A DNA stretch of 63,681 nt, counting the filler, from Bigelowiella natans CCMP2755 (lineage: Eukaryota; Protista; Cercozoa): assembly GCA_000320545.1 (NCBI GenBank). It is 8 parts of 8 records of this genome, joined end to end, with 100 filler letters (N's around TTAATTAATTAA, not from the genome) between each part and the next. Parts side by side here need not be neighbours in the genome. Positions count along the whole stretch, not along the records: positions 61,381 to 63,681 come from ADNK01002068.1; 7 more parts are not named here. One strand, 5' to 3'. Below, in pieces: positions 61,447-63,681 of this stretch. How positions within the stretch are numbered: the stretch's first letter is position 1; each line of letters opens with the position of its first letter. The notes under the pieces were generated by a model. That model was not told the origin of the DNA and searched no databases. It saw only the letters and a list, made by a program, of their open reading frames with translations. The position numbers and the translations under genes were made by a program.

Positions 61447-62793
61447 CTACCACTGTTTTTCCCCGCCTTTGCGCCGCCCCTCCCCCCCCCCACATCGAAT
61501 ACGTGCAGGAGCTATAGCAGGGAAGGAATAGTAACGGGAGCCATAATACGATCGTGAGTGCTGGTGGGGGGGGGGGATGGGGAATCTTTTCTCGAGGGCT
61601 TGGATCGATTTGTTGTATTTCCTTCTCGTTGCGGCCGAGACCTTGAGGGGATTGGCGACCCTTGCTCTTTTCATCAAACTCTCCGTTGGATGATCATCGC
61701 AGTCTTCGTCGTCGTCATCATCAAAGTTGTTCTCATAATAATTGCCTTGGCGCTCTCCCCCCCCCCCCCCCGCCCCCTCCTCCGCTCCATCCTCGTAGAA
61801 CTCACCATGGGGAAGTGCACTTGCGGTAGCAGTAGTAGTAGTAGTGGTCTTCGATGATGATGCTGCCGACTTGGCGGCCGCTGCTGCCTCTGCAAGTATT
61901 CTTTGCCGCTTTGCACGCGTGCGACTCGGGTAGCGGTGTTGGGGAGGGCTAGGTATTGGCGGTTGCTGCTGCCTTTGCTGCGTCGTTTTCTCTGAAAGAA
62001 CCAGCTGCTTATCATGATCGTTACTACCGTTACCATCGTCGTGTCGGCCGCACTCTTCCTCCTCGTCGGTGCTCTGGTCATCGCTGGCCCTTCTTTGGAG
62101 ATCTTCGAGACTCTTCTTCTCCTCCTCCTTCTTCTTGCTGTCGCTCCTTTGCTCGCAAGATGCGGCGACGCCAAAATCCCCATGATCGCTACTATCATCA
62201 CCACCATCACCGTTCCGCTCCTTGGCCTTACCATCATCCTCAGCATCATCGTCATCATCACCACCATCATCATTGCAGTCCTCGCCACCAAGATTCGCCT
62301 CTCCTCCTCCTGCCCCCCCCCCTCCTTTGTGCAGGGTTGAGTCTTCATCATTCTTCGCTGCTGGTAGGGTTGCCGGTTTGTCCTTTGCTCCGCACTCCGC
62401 TGCTACTTCGGCCTGGGCGAGGTATGGCTGCTTTTCATCGGCAGATGATGCGATCGGTGCGCCTTCTTTTACTAACAAGGACGCGTCCTCCTCCTCCTCC
62501 TCCTCTTGCTGCTGCTGAACTTCCAGCCGTGCCGCTGCGGATGGCGAGTTAGAACCATCGTGGATATCACGGTATTTGCAATCATTGTCCCGTGAATTGA
62601 CGTTAGATCTCTTTTCCTCGGTTGGCATCGATGAAGAAGGAGGTGTACAACGGGCTTCTTCTTTCCCCGCCCCCGCCCCCTCCCCACGATCACCACTTCC
62701 CTCCTCCTCCGCCTCCTTCTCGTCCTCGTTATCCGAGAGCAGGGAGATAGATAGAGAGGCATCCTTGGGGCGACGAGTCTCATCCTTCGTCAT
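61447..62793 (-). CDS. Large low-complexity acidic/basic exon of a host gene
   Basis: 448-aa ORF with an ATG start, Asp/Glu tracts and NLS-like basic patches; runs toward the gap. Confidence 0.55.
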   Translation of the reverse strand: MTKDETRRPKDASLSISLLSDNEDEKEAEEEGSGDRGEGAGAGKEEARCTPPSSSMPTEEKRSNVNSRDNDCKYRDIHDGSNSPSAAARLEVQQQQEEEEEEDASLLVKEGAPIASSADEKQPYLAQAEVAAECGAKDKPATLPAAKNDEDSTLHKGGGGAGGGEANLGGEDCNDDGGDDDDDAEDDGKAKERNGDGGDDSSDHGDFGVAASCEQRSDSKKKEEEKKSLEDLQRRASDDQSTDEEEECGRHDDGNGSNDHDKQLVLSEKTTQQRQQQPPIPSPPQHRYPSRTRAKRQRILAEAAAAAKSAASSSKTTTTTTATASALPHGEFYEDGAEEGAGGGGGERQGNYYENNFDDDDDEDCDDHPTESLMKRARVANPLKVSAATRRKYNKSIQALEKRFPIPPPHQHSRSYYGSRYYSFPAIAPARIRCGGGEGRRKGGEKQW

Positions 62794-62913
62794 TATTGGG
62801 GTGAAGGGGGGGGAGGGGGGGTTAGACGCAAAAACGGCTGTATATGTAGAAGGGCGGAGTGCTCATATCAAAGCATATTTACAATATTTATAATATTCAT
62901 ATTTTGTATTTAT

Positions 62914-62956
<43 letters not shown>

Positions 62957-63681
62957 CCTGACAGCGCGAGCTGCACTCGATACCTTATCATCATCGTCCT
63001 TCTCCAAAGAGAGATCTATCACGTTGATCTTCCGCTTTTCCGACGTGCTTTGCACTTCTCTCGCCCCCCGCCCCCCCCTCTCACCGCACTTGACCAAACC
63101 GGCAATCGAGATCGGCCCGGCGGGGCGGCGAGGCAGCGGTATTTTGAAGTTTTTATTAGCGCCTTTTGTGTGATCTTTGCACCAGTATAAGATGGGGTTG
63201 GCGGTGCGACCTGTTATGCTTCCCGGCAGTGTCCCCTTGTCGTATAACTGTCGTGGCGTGTTGTGTTGTTGTTAGTGGTAATAGGAGCAGCAGCAGTAGT
63301 AGTAAGGGGCGCCATATGCGAAATATGATGATTTTGATGATGACGGTGTTAATGATGATGACGATGACGATATCGACGATGAGGATAATAACTATATGAA
63401 TGTACATAAAACATAAACAAATTGGAAAAATGGCTCTCCTTCGCCACAGCACCCCCTCCCCCCCCCCTTCCCCCTGTTTCTCCTACAACAACTTCCACAC
63501 ACCCTGACTCGTAAATAGTCCTTCCGCACGTGCTCAGGGGGGGTCCCCGCCGCTGCTCGTAGGAAAGCTGCAAGTGACAAGCCTTTAGCAGGATGACATT
63601 GCAGAGCTTTACACAACGCCGCATATTGCTTCATATCGAGCTTCGAGCAACCAGCCGCGTCTTGATACGCGCACATCGAAT

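Overview
Eukaryotic nuclear scaffold with many short, microsatellite-filled GT-AG introns; the style suggests a chlorarachniophyte/Bigelowiella-like protist (inference). Seven 100-bp N-TTAATTAATTAA-N spacers interrupt it. Host genes include an SPFH/stomatin protein, an MscS channel, a tandem-ubiquitin-like/IQ protein, a mucin-like membrane protein, a SAM methyltransferase and a TyrP-like permease. The main signal is a ~13-kb transposon island (~24.6-37.7 kb) holding a RAG1/Transib/Chapaev-type DDE transposase and a complete Ty3/Gypsy element (514-bp LTRs, TGCG TSD). In this island nearly every TpA has become TpG or CpA. The 1594-aa Gag-Pol ORF has one Tyr (RT YVDD reads HVDD), the two LTRs differ mostly by TA/TG/CA swaps, and surviving TAs sit almost only in CTA/TAG/CTAG contexts. 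This points to a repeat-targeted, both-strand A-to-G DNA hypermutation system (an inverse of fungal RIP). Two smaller islands (~45 kb, ~55 kb) show the same signature. The Gypsy Pol ends in a degenerate Dam-like adenine-methyltransferase-type domain. An AT-rich virophage/Polinton-like segment (56.7-61.3 kb; protease, SF3 helicase, pPolB) is not hypermutated. All counts were made by eye; no searches were run.
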